Of a DNA stretch of 30,104 nt, positions 20,301 through 29,400 are shown piece after piece. The DNA lies in IMG/VR virus record IMGVR_UViG_3300025830_000018, positions 1 through 30,104 of that record; one strand, given 5' to 3'. This DNA is from a virus. Taxonomy: Duplodnaviria > Caudoviricetes. The notes under the pieces are model-generated. The model did not search any database, had not been told where the DNA came from, and saw only the letters and a program-made list of their open reading frames with translations. A program made the position numbers and the translations under genes. How positions within the stretch are numbered: position 1 is the stretch's first letter; the number at the start of each line of letters is the position of its first letter.

Positions 20301-20568
20301 GATAACGTTTCAGTATATTGTTACGTTTACAGCCGCAGCAGCGGGTAGGTTTGTTGATGAGTTTCAGGTAACATATAGTTCACTAAGTTCAAACATAGAT
20401 AACAATACATCAGATGCATATCTTTTGTTAGAAAGTGGATCAGGTGATAAGTTTGGTAGAATAAAAGAAGGTGATACAGCAATAGCTAACTTTAAAGTAT
20501 TAGCTGATGGAGCAATAACAGGTGGCACAGCAGCAAGTGCAACGGTAGCAGTAAGTTTATTAAATTAA
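14371..20568 (+). CDS. Tail muzzle/nozzle (stabilization protein) with a long beta-rich C-terminal extension
   Basis: 2065 aa. Starts KMNKDLDERLVPPGEYRDALNI; propeller-like motifs LLFFTDD..EPKKLNI, RFAYRWKY.DGEYS, GNGVESDRIRDDFN, YGSIQKL, GISKNPESFA, FKTLNYEG. Confidence 0.75.
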   Translation: MPEFRREFLKSKMNKDLDERLVPPGEYRDALNIEVSTSETSDAFAIEASNGNSKITASTVFDGYTNPKCIGAARDTENNKIYWFVTSDNKDAILEYDANSSVVSPVAVAVKATSDVFKFSENFLITGINIIDDLLFFTDDNSEPKKLNINRFKAATNGDFDTHTQIYGGNLLEEHVTTIKKYPKSSPNLSIKRTLRDGIVDSTFIDTDGDKFVEADESTTPKAIGSEIVLVLSGQPDYKENDILKVTTTDNSTVYTARVSIKSIDDISSTSQTITVILLSTSDEMLSSDKQLWNIELEEGDSFFQDKFPRFAYRWKYNDGEYSAFSPFTGVAFIPDDEDFIYNMEEGHNVNMVNNVRKITLNTFDTLPADVIEVDVLYKESNAANIYLVSTLKNKEKSITITSEQIEKTIESNQSLRPYDNVPRKAKAQEITAGRLMYGNYLQNNTFREAVKIKLTNTPTEVDRDSPQPSAKSLRTYQVGVVYLDEFGRQSPVFTGTDSSLKLDGTYADKKNTLKAKINSDAPSWATHYKYYIKENSNEYYNVIMDRFYEGEEDNFWLSFPSSERNKLTEDDYLILKKQNGKNVAFDPDEYGFKSKKYKILDIQNSPPEFIAKKKELVGELSDASTLFPNTLVGHPREGFRTFRVAGDKIGIDDSELRDLASNDNFFNQNKFIRITDITDVRASNYYQIEKVTKFDNSGGSDFNDADDYYEFTLVKKFGADVNWVGTKDSRVSGLKLQLFSEEVIIQNEEFSGRFFVKLKRDDVIAENIFGGPSDEFDQVAEAKFKLFDFNDSKAATKTLTSKQADTNILYIDDARRSDFAGAGFVIEHDLDKSGNKPTGDLAAGTAAFTVKGANGKFVEENTVVGPKKGNNRLTLRYIDYGDDRKNSDTTAPKERDFTARDDENKRITGQTDFQFHEMLRGQKGIYLSFAGDPNQHRIRIRSIKLSSVRNFNSTRRHASSANRGIRYDIVLESPIVWGPLASQTGGTDGGNLRVDGLGTGQVFPIRKRLNYATIKLWRKRTNQVQKKTGNPAVWETEPKPSIVDLDLYYEASDAYAIADHGTEQNLGNNRNGSKIWYNCFSFGNGVESDRIRDDFNGIRFDKGATASATLDEPFAEERRKSSIIYSGVFNSTSGVNKLNQFIQAEKITKDLNDAYGSIQKLHSRDNDITVLCEDKVLKVLANKDAIFEADGDSRLVSTNNVLGQAVPYAGDFGISKNPESFADFSFRSYFSDKDRGKVLRLSIDGLTDISGKGMGDYFSDNLSLADTVIGNYNEDNNSYNITLNNDTVSFKEAVDGWPSRKSYIPEYGISLNNTYYTFNNGDLYEHTNDVNKNTFYGAAQADSTIDVLFNENRNAIKKFKTLNYEGDSGWVADEITTDQETGADVSFKAKENKYFAHMKHVKKHKVTIDIGNSDGGNIIIPDGQNINILPGATASTSFTFIVKPKSGYKFDSAFTFGSFNENYLVPHLTEASINSDGNMVIATQLSSFKMIPENIELDLPLVTSGKISTNSFTLAGTFNKTIQNSSVNDINGGGTISAGAADGSSWTTSGTSNTSTTLMNILVTPHSNHEFTDDNLPQLIVTGEINDNYEITGPTAQANGYTFKVVGSRVNKNLTAENIKLISKPNKAVSLETNAIWGADISQEDFAKDEEEREIIVRGSVGAQVLLGASIVSSTGTDLAINILNGSGFSTGQKTLTIGDNGEAKAIIKVTANGTSGRRNVFILLSETTGYVITDEFDNSDGADDSKVLYTIPQTLLVHISGFMLVAASLTPHSSFGSLPAGPANSTQHTLSLTNNSIIGTSVGTGVQMHNVAASTSPMRLPANTEFPTENNIFEQTFSLARDNSGDSDSRIVKVDDLDIENDFLKTDGTNAYDSSTGNLILANGSILQVIDHRYGVIGSGGRGAIIIQFEILKYGTADDYVVLKTQNVLNLSQNVGGSGSTVSTVTLTGNPTTYIAADIDERAGNVFATKANNDPITFQYIVTFTAAAAGRFVDEFQVTYSSLSSNIDNNTSDAYLLLESGSGDKFGRIKEGDTAIANFKVLADGAITGGTAASATVAVSLLN

Positions 20569-20574
20569 AAAATT

Positions 20575-21078
20575 ATGAGTGCAACAATATCATTTAGTGA
20601 AATACCAGCAGACATAGAAGCAAAAAGCTCAGCTGGTTATAGCAGTTTTGACGTAGACGATAGAGCATATGATCTATTGTATGTTTCAGATATATCATCT
20701 GGTAGCATGGCTACACCTCATTTATGCGGTGCTATTATAGCAAAAAGTACTACTGTATTAACTATAGACACAAGTGTATACGGTACGGCAACTTATAATG
20801 CCACGTTAAATGAACATGCAATAGATTTAAAAGATGTGGTTAATATTGGTTTAGGCATATCAACAGCTAACAGTAGCGAGTGGGACAGTGGGTCTTGGCC
20901 TTTTACCGTCACAGGCGCAAGAGGTAACCATTACTTTTTTGTGGTTAAAGATAAAGTAGCACAAAGCAATGGCTTACTAGGTTATTACATGCAAGTTAAG
21001 ATGCGACTAACACCTGGTAGCAGTAAAAAGACTGAATTATTCGCTGTAGGTAGCGAGATATTTGAAAGTAGTAAATAA
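20575..21078 (+). CDS. Small tail-associated structural protein
   Basis: 167 aa, beta-rich, ends GLLGYYMQVKMR...KTELFAVGSEIFESSK. Starts 6 nt after the muzzle gene. Confidence 0.65.
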   Translation: MSATISFSEIPADIEAKSSAGYSSFDVDDRAYDLLYVSDISSGSMATPHLCGAIIAKSTTVLTIDTSVYGTATYNATLNEHAIDLKDVVNIGLGISTANSSEWDSGSWPFTVTGARGNHYFFVVKDKVAQSNGLLGYYMQVKMRLTPGSSKKTELFAVGSEIFESSK

Positions 21079-21104
21079 AACAAAATTAATGTAATTATAA
21101 TAAC

Positions 21105-21866
21105 ATGAGTGAACAAACTAGAGCGCTGAATCAAGCAATGGGTGCAATTCCTATTTCAAGACAAGGAAATATTCTTTCAAACATTGCAGACTTAAATCAA
21201 CAAGTTGCTGATCGAGGTGGTGTTGATAAAATATATGGTACAGAAAAAGAAAACAAAACAAGTATGTTAGGAGATTTATCAAGTGGACAAGTAGGAGCAA
21301 TAGGCCAAGGCATTGGAGGTCTAGCTAGTATAGCATCTAGTATAGTAGGTGGAAGAGCTAGAAGACAAGAACAGGCACAAGCTAGAGATGCGTACAGAAA
21401 CAGGATGTCGTCGTTTGAACAAATGAATTATTATGGTAGTCAACCAATAAACCCATTTGCAAACCTTACTGTTAATCAATTACAAGCTCAATTTCAAGCA
21501 AGACAACAACAACAAATGGCAGCCAACACAATGGCACAACTTAGAGGCGCAGCGGGTGGATCAGGTATAGCCGGTTTAGCTCAAACATTATCACAGCAGC
21601 AACAAGGCAACCTAGCACAAATAGCTGGTGGTATAGGTCAGCAAGAAGCTACAAACCAAATAAATATAGCTCAGGGTGAAAACATTAGATTTCAAGCACA
21701 ACAAGCAGCTGAACAAAGAGTAAGAGATAAAAACGAAACCTTATTAGCGTTAGCAACACAGAGAAAAGCAATAGCTGATCAAGCAAGAAAAGACGCTACA
21801 GAAGCATTAGTTGGTGGTATAGGTAACGTAGCAGGAGCAGCGTTAAGTTTTGTAGGCGCAGGTTAA
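21105..21866 (+). CDS. Putative DNA ejection/pilot (internal virion) protein
   Basis: 253 aa, Gln/Ala/Gly-rich. Hydrophobic GxxxG segments (VGAIGQGIGGLASIASSIVGG; ALVGGIGNVAGAALSFVGAG) flank a coiled coil. Confidence 0.65.
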   Translation: MSEQTRALNQAMGAIPISRQGNILSNIADLNQQVADRGGVDKIYGTEKENKTSMLGDLSSGQVGAIGQGIGGLASIASSIVGGRARRQEQAQARDAYRNRMSSFEQMNYYGSQPINPFANLTVNQLQAQFQARQQQQMAANTMAQLRGAAGGSGIAGLAQTLSQQQQGNLAQIAGGIGQQEATNQINIAQGENIRFQAQQAAEQRVRDKNETLLALATQRKAIADQARKDATEALVGGIGNVAGAALSFVGAG

Positions 21867-21877
21867 AATAAAAAGAT

Positions 21878-23494
21878 ATGGCATTAGAATCAACGAGTAT
21901 ATTATTACAACAGCAAAAAGCATTAGGTGATGCTAACAAGTTTGTAGACTATAGCGAAACTATTAATAAAACTTTAGGCAAAGCTATAGAAAAAGAAGTA
22001 GAAATACGTAAGAAAGCAGAAGATACATACTCTGAAACTATGACAGCGTATGAAATAGAGAGGCTACAAACAGATGAGTATCCAGAAGACTGGGGACCAC
22101 AAATGACAGCTGAGTTAAGTAAACAAAAACAAGAGTATGCTGAGGCCGCACAAATTGTTAAGACAACAAGAGATAAGACAAGTAAAGAGTATATCGATGC
22201 TGTAGCTAAAATGTCTAAGTTAAAGGTAGGCATGTCTGGCATGAGAACCAAAATAGGCTTGTGGAAAGAAAACGCGAGAGAGTTTGCTCAGTTAGCTGAA
22301 GAAGGAGCTATAACAGAAGGTTTAAGTGTAAACGAAAGAAATAAACTACTTGGTTACAATAACTCTAAAAATACAAAACCAGTTTTTAGAGATGGTAGGT
22401 TTGGTGTTGAATACAATTGGATTGATAAAGATGGTAACCCACAAACTAGCACAGCTTACGAAGGTGAAGAGCCTAGAGTTGTTGCACCTGCAACAAAAGA
22501 AATAGAAGCTATGAATGCTAAATATAACGATGCTGTTAAGCTTATAGGTGAGGGTAAATGGAACGAAACAGCATGGACACAAGACGTTAGAAACTTCACT
22601 AACACATTAAACTTTGATCAGTTAAGAAGTTTTGCCGGTGATTTTGAATCGGTAAATGGCTTACAAACATTTGATGATATAGAGTTTGTAAAAACAAGAC
22701 AAGAACAATACGAAAAAACAAATCCTGATTCTGATTTTGGCAAGTGGTGGCAAGACCCTGCTAATAAAGGTGAATTAAAAGAAGGTATAACTCAGTTTTT
22801 TAAAGACACATATTTACCTAAATTTAGAGCTTTTAAAGTAGAGCAAGAGGCAACGGGCAGAAGAAACCAAGCTTACAATAGAGCTTTAGGTGGTGATAAA
22901 AACGCATTTAATGTATATAAAACAATGCAAATAAATGATGATGTTAGAAGGATGCTTAGTAGCCATAACGTGCCAAATGGTGAAGATGGTAAACTGTATA
23001 TAAGTCAAATAGAGACTGTATTTAATGGTGCTGGTTTAGTTGATGCAGACGGTGCACCACTTAACATTGGATTTATACCTGCAAGTATGGATACAAAAGG
23101 TGTAGATGTTACAACAGGCGGATACGAAGATGTTGTTAGCTTAGTAGAACAAGCAAGAAAAACTGGTAGATACGATGCAAACATAAGAGGTGATGAAGCA
23201 GGTAGATTTAAACAATCAATATATGATGTAGACTCTTTAAAGGCTGGTGATTCTATAGTTATATACCCAAGTGAAATAAGAACAGCTGGTGACGAACAAA
23301 CAACTAGAGAACAAAGAGCTAAATATAAACCTTCAGTTATAACGATACCAGCAGGTTTAAACAGTAGGCGATCAATAGAAGCTTTCTTTAGAAAAGCTTA
23401 CAGAGACTCTTTTGAAAATATGATTGTTGATGACGCATACATATCAGGACAAGGTGACGGCACAACGCCAGATAATCCACTAGTAACAGAATAA
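21878..23494 (+). CDS. Putative internal virion (ejection) protein
   Basis: 538 aa with a helical charged N-terminal half. Second gene of the small/medium/giant trio typical of podovirus ejection cassettes. Confidence 0.55.
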   Translation: MALESTSILLQQQKALGDANKFVDYSETINKTLGKAIEKEVEIRKKAEDTYSETMTAYEIERLQTDEYPEDWGPQMTAELSKQKQEYAEAAQIVKTTRDKTSKEYIDAVAKMSKLKVGMSGMRTKIGLWKENAREFAQLAEEGAITEGLSVNERNKLLGYNNSKNTKPVFRDGRFGVEYNWIDKDGNPQTSTAYEGEEPRVVAPATKEIEAMNAKYNDAVKLIGEGKWNETAWTQDVRNFTNTLNFDQLRSFAGDFESVNGLQTFDDIEFVKTRQEQYEKTNPDSDFGKWWQDPANKGELKEGITQFFKDTYLPKFRAFKVEQEATGRRNQAYNRALGGDKNAFNVYKTMQINDDVRRMLSSHNVPNGEDGKLYISQIETVFNGAGLVDADGAPLNIGFIPASMDTKGVDVTTGGYEDVVSLVEQARKTGRYDANIRGDEAGRFKQSIYDVDSLKAGDSIVIYPSEIRTAGDEQTTREQRAKYKPSVITIPAGLNSRRSIEAFFRKAYRDSFENMIVDDAYISGQGDGTTPDNPLVTE

Positions 23495-23495
23495 A

Positions 23496-26400
23496 ATGAA
23501 GGAGACTATATTTGAGTTTTATCGTCAATATGCTCCAGACGTTAAGATTACTGATGATAAAATTAACGAGATAGAGACGTATTACAGAGGCGATGTAAAT
23601 AGATTTATTAATGACTTTAAGAAAAAAGTCACTGACCCAAAGGGCATAACTCTTGACAGACAAGAGTCAGCCGCTATTGGTGCAAGAATATATAGAGCAT
23701 ATGAAGAGGCTGATGTAGATGCTGTAATAGAAAACGAAGAAACAGAAAGAAGATTACAAACTAAAGAAAAAGTTAAAGTCGATCCCGACATAGATCCAAC
23801 AGAATTATTGGATAATTTTTATGATGGTACAAAAACACTCACACAAGACTACCATCATGTCAAACAATTACTTTCCCCATACGGTTTTAAAGTTAAAAAA
23901 GGTAACAGCTACAGCGAGACAGAGAAACGTCTTATGGAAGCTGGTAGTGTAATGAACGCTCAGTTTAGTGTTGAAGGTAAAAGATCTTTAATAATAACTG
24001 CACCTAACGGTAAAGAGCAAACCATACTACTTGATCCTACTGATCAAAACAAAAACAAAGAAATACTAACAGAGTTTTTTAACGCTAATGTTGATAGAGA
24101 CTCTGATGCTTTTAAAAAAGGACAGTCAAAAATTAGATCTGTATATAGCGAGATAGGTAGAGATTACTATGACGCTGTTAAGTTAACTGACGCAGAAGAA
24201 GACGCTGTAATAGCATCTGCAAAAGAGGTAAACCTATTTGAAGTACAAACAAGTAGAATGCCTGGAACAGCACCTGGTACTCAAGTAACAACTACTTACA
24301 TGCCGTATAAAGAAATTATTCAACAAGCAAAACTTTATTTAGCTGACAAAGAAGATAATAAAAACCCAACAAACGAAGATATAGAAAGAATAGCTAGGCA
24401 ACTATACACACGTAAAGCTCTGTTTGATAAAAGAGCAGCTAAGGGTGATAAGTACTTATCAGACATAGGTAAAACTGAGATCTTTTCATCCTCTACAGGA
24501 CTTCCAGTTTTTGATTCTGAGGCGGACCTTGAAAAGCAAGCGCAAGTGTATATAGGTGGTAAAGCTTTAGAATCATCAGCCGCAAAAAACCTTGAAAGTA
24601 GAATAGAAACTGTTGACTTGTTAAATCAAAACTTTGACGCTGACCCAGATGTTGTTGCATTAAATACTTTATTAGACAAGTATGATGAGCATGAAAACTC
24701 TCAGCAAATGATGTACAGCATGAATGATGGTGATAGAGAAAGACTTAGAGTTTTAAGTGAAAGAGTTAGTGGTAAAATATTTGATATCGATGCTGAAAGC
24801 AGAAACATATTAAGTAGTATTGATTATGTTGAAAACACATCTGAACAATTAGAGGTTGCTAGAAAATCATTTAATATGACCAAAAGGTGGTTTGATAAAT
24901 TTGATCAAGCAACAGATAGAACTATAAATGACTTATGGACATTTTGGGGTAGAACAGCATCAGATGTAGATATGATATTAACAGCTGCTTCTAAAGCAGG
25001 TAAAGATGGTGGTGAATCACTAGAAAAAACACTATTTGAAGGTGGTGAACAAAACTCTGACTGGTTTAAAAAAACTTTTCCATCGCTATCAGACGAATCT
25101 ATAAATAAGTTTAATATTGAAAGGCAAAAGCAATACCAAAAAATAGAAGGTAAATATAGAGAAGGTGTAAAAGATATTGGCACCGCGTTTCAAAAGGGCC
25201 GTGTTGGTGAATTAGCTTTTGATATGATTGCTGATTTTTTACCTATAGTTGGTACTATAGCTTTAACCTCTTTCGCAGGGCCATTAACTGGAGCTGCAAG
25301 ATTTGGTAGTATGATGGGATTAGGTGGTGGTGCTAGAAGATCAGAGTATGACTTCGACGAATATATAAATCCAACAGCTGGCAAAACATCATTAGCACAA
25401 AAAATGTTTATATCCGCTGGTCATGGTTTAGCAGAATACGCGGGTGAAAGGTTAACAACATTTAAATTAGTTGATAATATGATATCACCTAGAGGTTTAC
25501 CTAGAATAGGTAGCGATGAGGTGATAAAAGCACTTGCACCAACAGGTAGAAAATACTTGCAAAAAAACTTTCTATCAGCTGTTCCACTTGCTTTTGGAGC
25601 TGAAGGTTTAGGTGAAAGCGCTACTCAAGTAATGCAAAATGTTTTAGATAAAAGACCAATAATGGAAGGTGTACCTACAGCTTTTTTTGGTGGTATGATT
25701 ATGGGTGGAGGTATGGGAATTGCAAGTACACTTCACGGCGCAGCTATAGCAAGCACTGTTGATAGTAAAACAAGAGATGGTTTAACAAAACAATATGAAG
25801 GCTTTCACAATGAAGTTAGTAGATTAGATGATCTAAGAAGAAGGCAAAATGATTTTAAATCTAGAACTGGAATTGACTCTAAAAAATATGACGAGTTAAT
25901 TGAAGCGCAAAAAAAGAAAGTACAAGAGTCAGCTGATGCTTTAGATAAACAATATAAAATTTTAATACCTGAACTACCAGCTTTTAACAAAGCAATATTG
26001 GGTCAGATAATGCGACAAGAAGCTCTCATAAACCAAAAAAGACTAGAGTATGAAGCTTTAGAAAAGCAGTACAAAGATGGTGAAATAACAGCGGCAGAGC
26101 TTGATACTAGAAAACTAGAGATTGAAGTTGAGCTTGCTAAAGAAGATGGACTTATTGCTCATCTTGATGCAATAAAAAGTGGTAAGCTAAATCAATTTAA
26201 GCTATTAAAAGATTCTAAAGACAAGCAAAATGAAGATAAATATGATCAGTACATTGATGCCGCAAAAGCTGAAGGTGTTGAAAATGTTGAAGCTAGAGCT
26301 GAAGAAATGTTCTACGAAGACTTACATGATAGTCAAGTTTTAGTATATAAAAAAATAGCAAAAGAGCATAATAAAAAGAAAGGTAGAAGATATGACATGG

Positions 26401-29400
26401 AAGTTAAGTCCATGACAAAAGAGCAAGCTATAGAAAGAATAAAAGAGTCTGACAAAACAGAAGCTGAAAAAGCAGAGATAATAAGAAATATTAGAGAGGG
26501 CAAACAAAATGGTATACAGCTTGATTCTACGAATAGTAACGGCCAAAATATTAGAACAGCAATATCTATAAAAGAAAACGCAGTTAAAAATAGAAGAGCG
26601 TATACAATGCCACATGAGGTTATTCACGCTGTTGTTGATGACGCTTTAACATTTGATTCAAGCAAAGGTGTTGATACAGCTAGAGAAGCAGAAATATCAG
26701 ACGCTATAAAAGAGTACACTAAAAACGCGTTGCCTGATATATACGAGCAAATAAAAGATCAAAGTCAAGTTGAAGTTATTCCAATGTTCTTTGAGTATTT
26801 CTTAGCAAATAAACATAAGGTTAAAGACCACGCTGCTTTCTTTGGCGGATTTGCTGGTGCTGTTGTACCTCAAATAGATTTTAACAATGCTGCGGAGTTG
26901 TTAAGATATTTTGATTCTTTTGTACAGTATAATCAAAAAAGATCATCACTAGAAAAAGCTAGAAGAGCAGAACCAAAATTTAGTTTACAAGAAGATCCTA
27001 AAGGCTTTGCTAGAAGAAGAGATAAAATGAACAATGCTGTTGAGAGAATAATGCAAAATTATAGAGACTCAAGAGTTGGAAGAGAAGAAGATGAACTTGT
27101 TGATGATTTTGTTTGGAACGAAGAAATAGCAGCTGAAGTTTTAGCGTTTGCAATCGAGAATAAAATTTTAGATACCTACATACTAGGTAAAAGGCCTATG
27201 GGTATATCACCTACACAATGGATAAACGACGTATATACTGAGTTTATAAGTGTTTCTAATAACTATGACGGTAGAATAAAAGATGCTGATGGTAGAGCAG
27301 ATTACTTTGGTTGGCTAATGGGTAACTTAGGCTACCAAGCACTTGATGTTACTAAATCAGTAATTAAAGAGCAGCAACAAAGAGCGAAGACAGTTGACAT
27401 AGATGAAGCAAGAGGTATAGCCGCTGAAATAGGAGATACAGTAGAAGACTTTGGTTTTACTGATGTTGCTGAAAAGTTAGGTGTACCGGTAGAAACAATT
27501 AAAGAGTTAACTAAGTTAGTACAAGGTGAGTTAGGTAGGTTTACAAAGGATATTACAGAGGGTGTCACACTTAATAGAAGTATATCGCCTTTGTTTCAAA
27601 CGTTAAATGCTAGGTTTGCTCAAGCTACAGCTAAAAACCCAGGTGGTGGTAACTGGAGAGTAATAGCACCTTTATTAAAAGACTTAAAATCTTTCATAGA
27701 AAATAATACAGCTACAATGCTAAATGAAGTTAGCACTGAATATGCTGCTAAGAACATACCACAGATAGTACAAAAATCTGTTAATGGTGAGTTTATATCG
27801 GACTGGCAAGGTAAAAAAATAGACAGACAAAGTAAAGCTGACACGGGTAAAACATCTGGTCCACAGATAATGAGAAAAGATAAGCAAGGTATAAGAAATC
27901 TTATAAGAAATCCACAAGCTTTGTTAGATATATTCTTACCTAATAACAAACCAAGTCAAGCTAAAAAAGAAGGTTTAGCTATTAATTTATCACAAAGACT
28001 AGCAAGAGAGATATTACAAAATGATTTACTTAACTATATAAAAACAGGTAGCTTTAAAAACTCACCTATAGCAGAAAGACTAGCAAAAACACAAAGCTTA
28101 TTTGATAGAGTTATAAGCGAAGCTAAAGCAGCTGAAATAGTAAGGCAGAGTGATAGAATAAAAAATAGTGTAGAAACATTAGCTCCGCCTGATAGAATAA
28201 AAGTATTTGAAGTTAACGATCAAATTGTTGAGCTAATAAGAAAAGGTGTTGATGTTGAGGCTGCTGTAAGGCAACTATTAAGGTTTGGTGATAAAAAAAT
28301 GTTGCAAGTGGCAAAAGCATATAGTAGTGTTATCGCTAAGTATGGTGACTTTACAAAGCTAGCAAAAGCAGAAAGATCTAAAATAAAACCAGGCGTTGTT
28401 ACATTAGAAGATTTTATACAGCAAGAGTTTGCTGATATAGTAAGTGATGATCTAATGTTTGGTAAATATGTAGATAAAATAGCTAACTTAGAAAAAGATT
28501 TAAATGCTTATCATCTTGAAGATGGTAGAGTAGAAACAGCAAGAAAAACAGACAAGAAGTTTATAAAGAGCTTAATGAAAGAATTTAACAACGACCCTAA
28601 AGAAGTTGCTAAGTTTGTTTTAAAGTTTATGAAGGGTCACACAGCTTCAGCAAGTCAAATATCAAACAAAGCTTTTGGTATTATTGATGGTATACTTAGT
28701 ATAATTGACAAAGATAGAGTTGGCGCAAGGTCAAGATTTCAAAACTACCAGAATGTAGACGAGATGCTAAACACGTTATTACGTGATAACCTTGGCATGC
28801 AAATTACTAAAGTAAATAAGTTAGGCAAGCGAGAAGGTGGTTATGAAATAACATACGAAGGTCAAGATGTATTCTTAGGTAATTCTGAAATAAAATTAAA
28901 CCCAATAGAGTCAAAAGCTGTAATAAAAAATAACATAACTTACGATCAAAGCAAAGCTGAAGCCGACGAGCAAACAGCTGCTATGTTTAAATATCTAGAC
29001 TTCTTAAACAAACAAAGGGGTAATAACTACGATGATATAGATTTTATATTAGCATTACAGTCTTTAAATAGCAACATGCAAACTATGTTGCGTAGATCTG
29101 CGCCATACACATATAAGTTTGTAGGTGATTATACAGGTGCGTTAAGATATGAACATATAATACCTGCTGGTTATATACTAACAAACATAGCTGATCATTA
29201 CTTAAACAAAGGAAAGACAAAAGCAGATCTTAAAAAGTTAATGTCTAAATATGAAGTTGCTATTATACCAGAGACTATGGATAAGCAGATACCTATGGGA
29301 TCGTTAATGGCTAGAGGTTATCAAGCTGGTGACAATGCTTTGGCTAATAGATATTATACTATAGCAAATTTTGGCAAAGACAATTTTTATCCTGTAAAAA

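Noticed and set aside
3144-22582. Other short overlapping ORFs, including 4100-4651 (+) inside terL
   Set aside because: They are fully nested in well-supported genes, have atypical composition and show no recognisable motifs.
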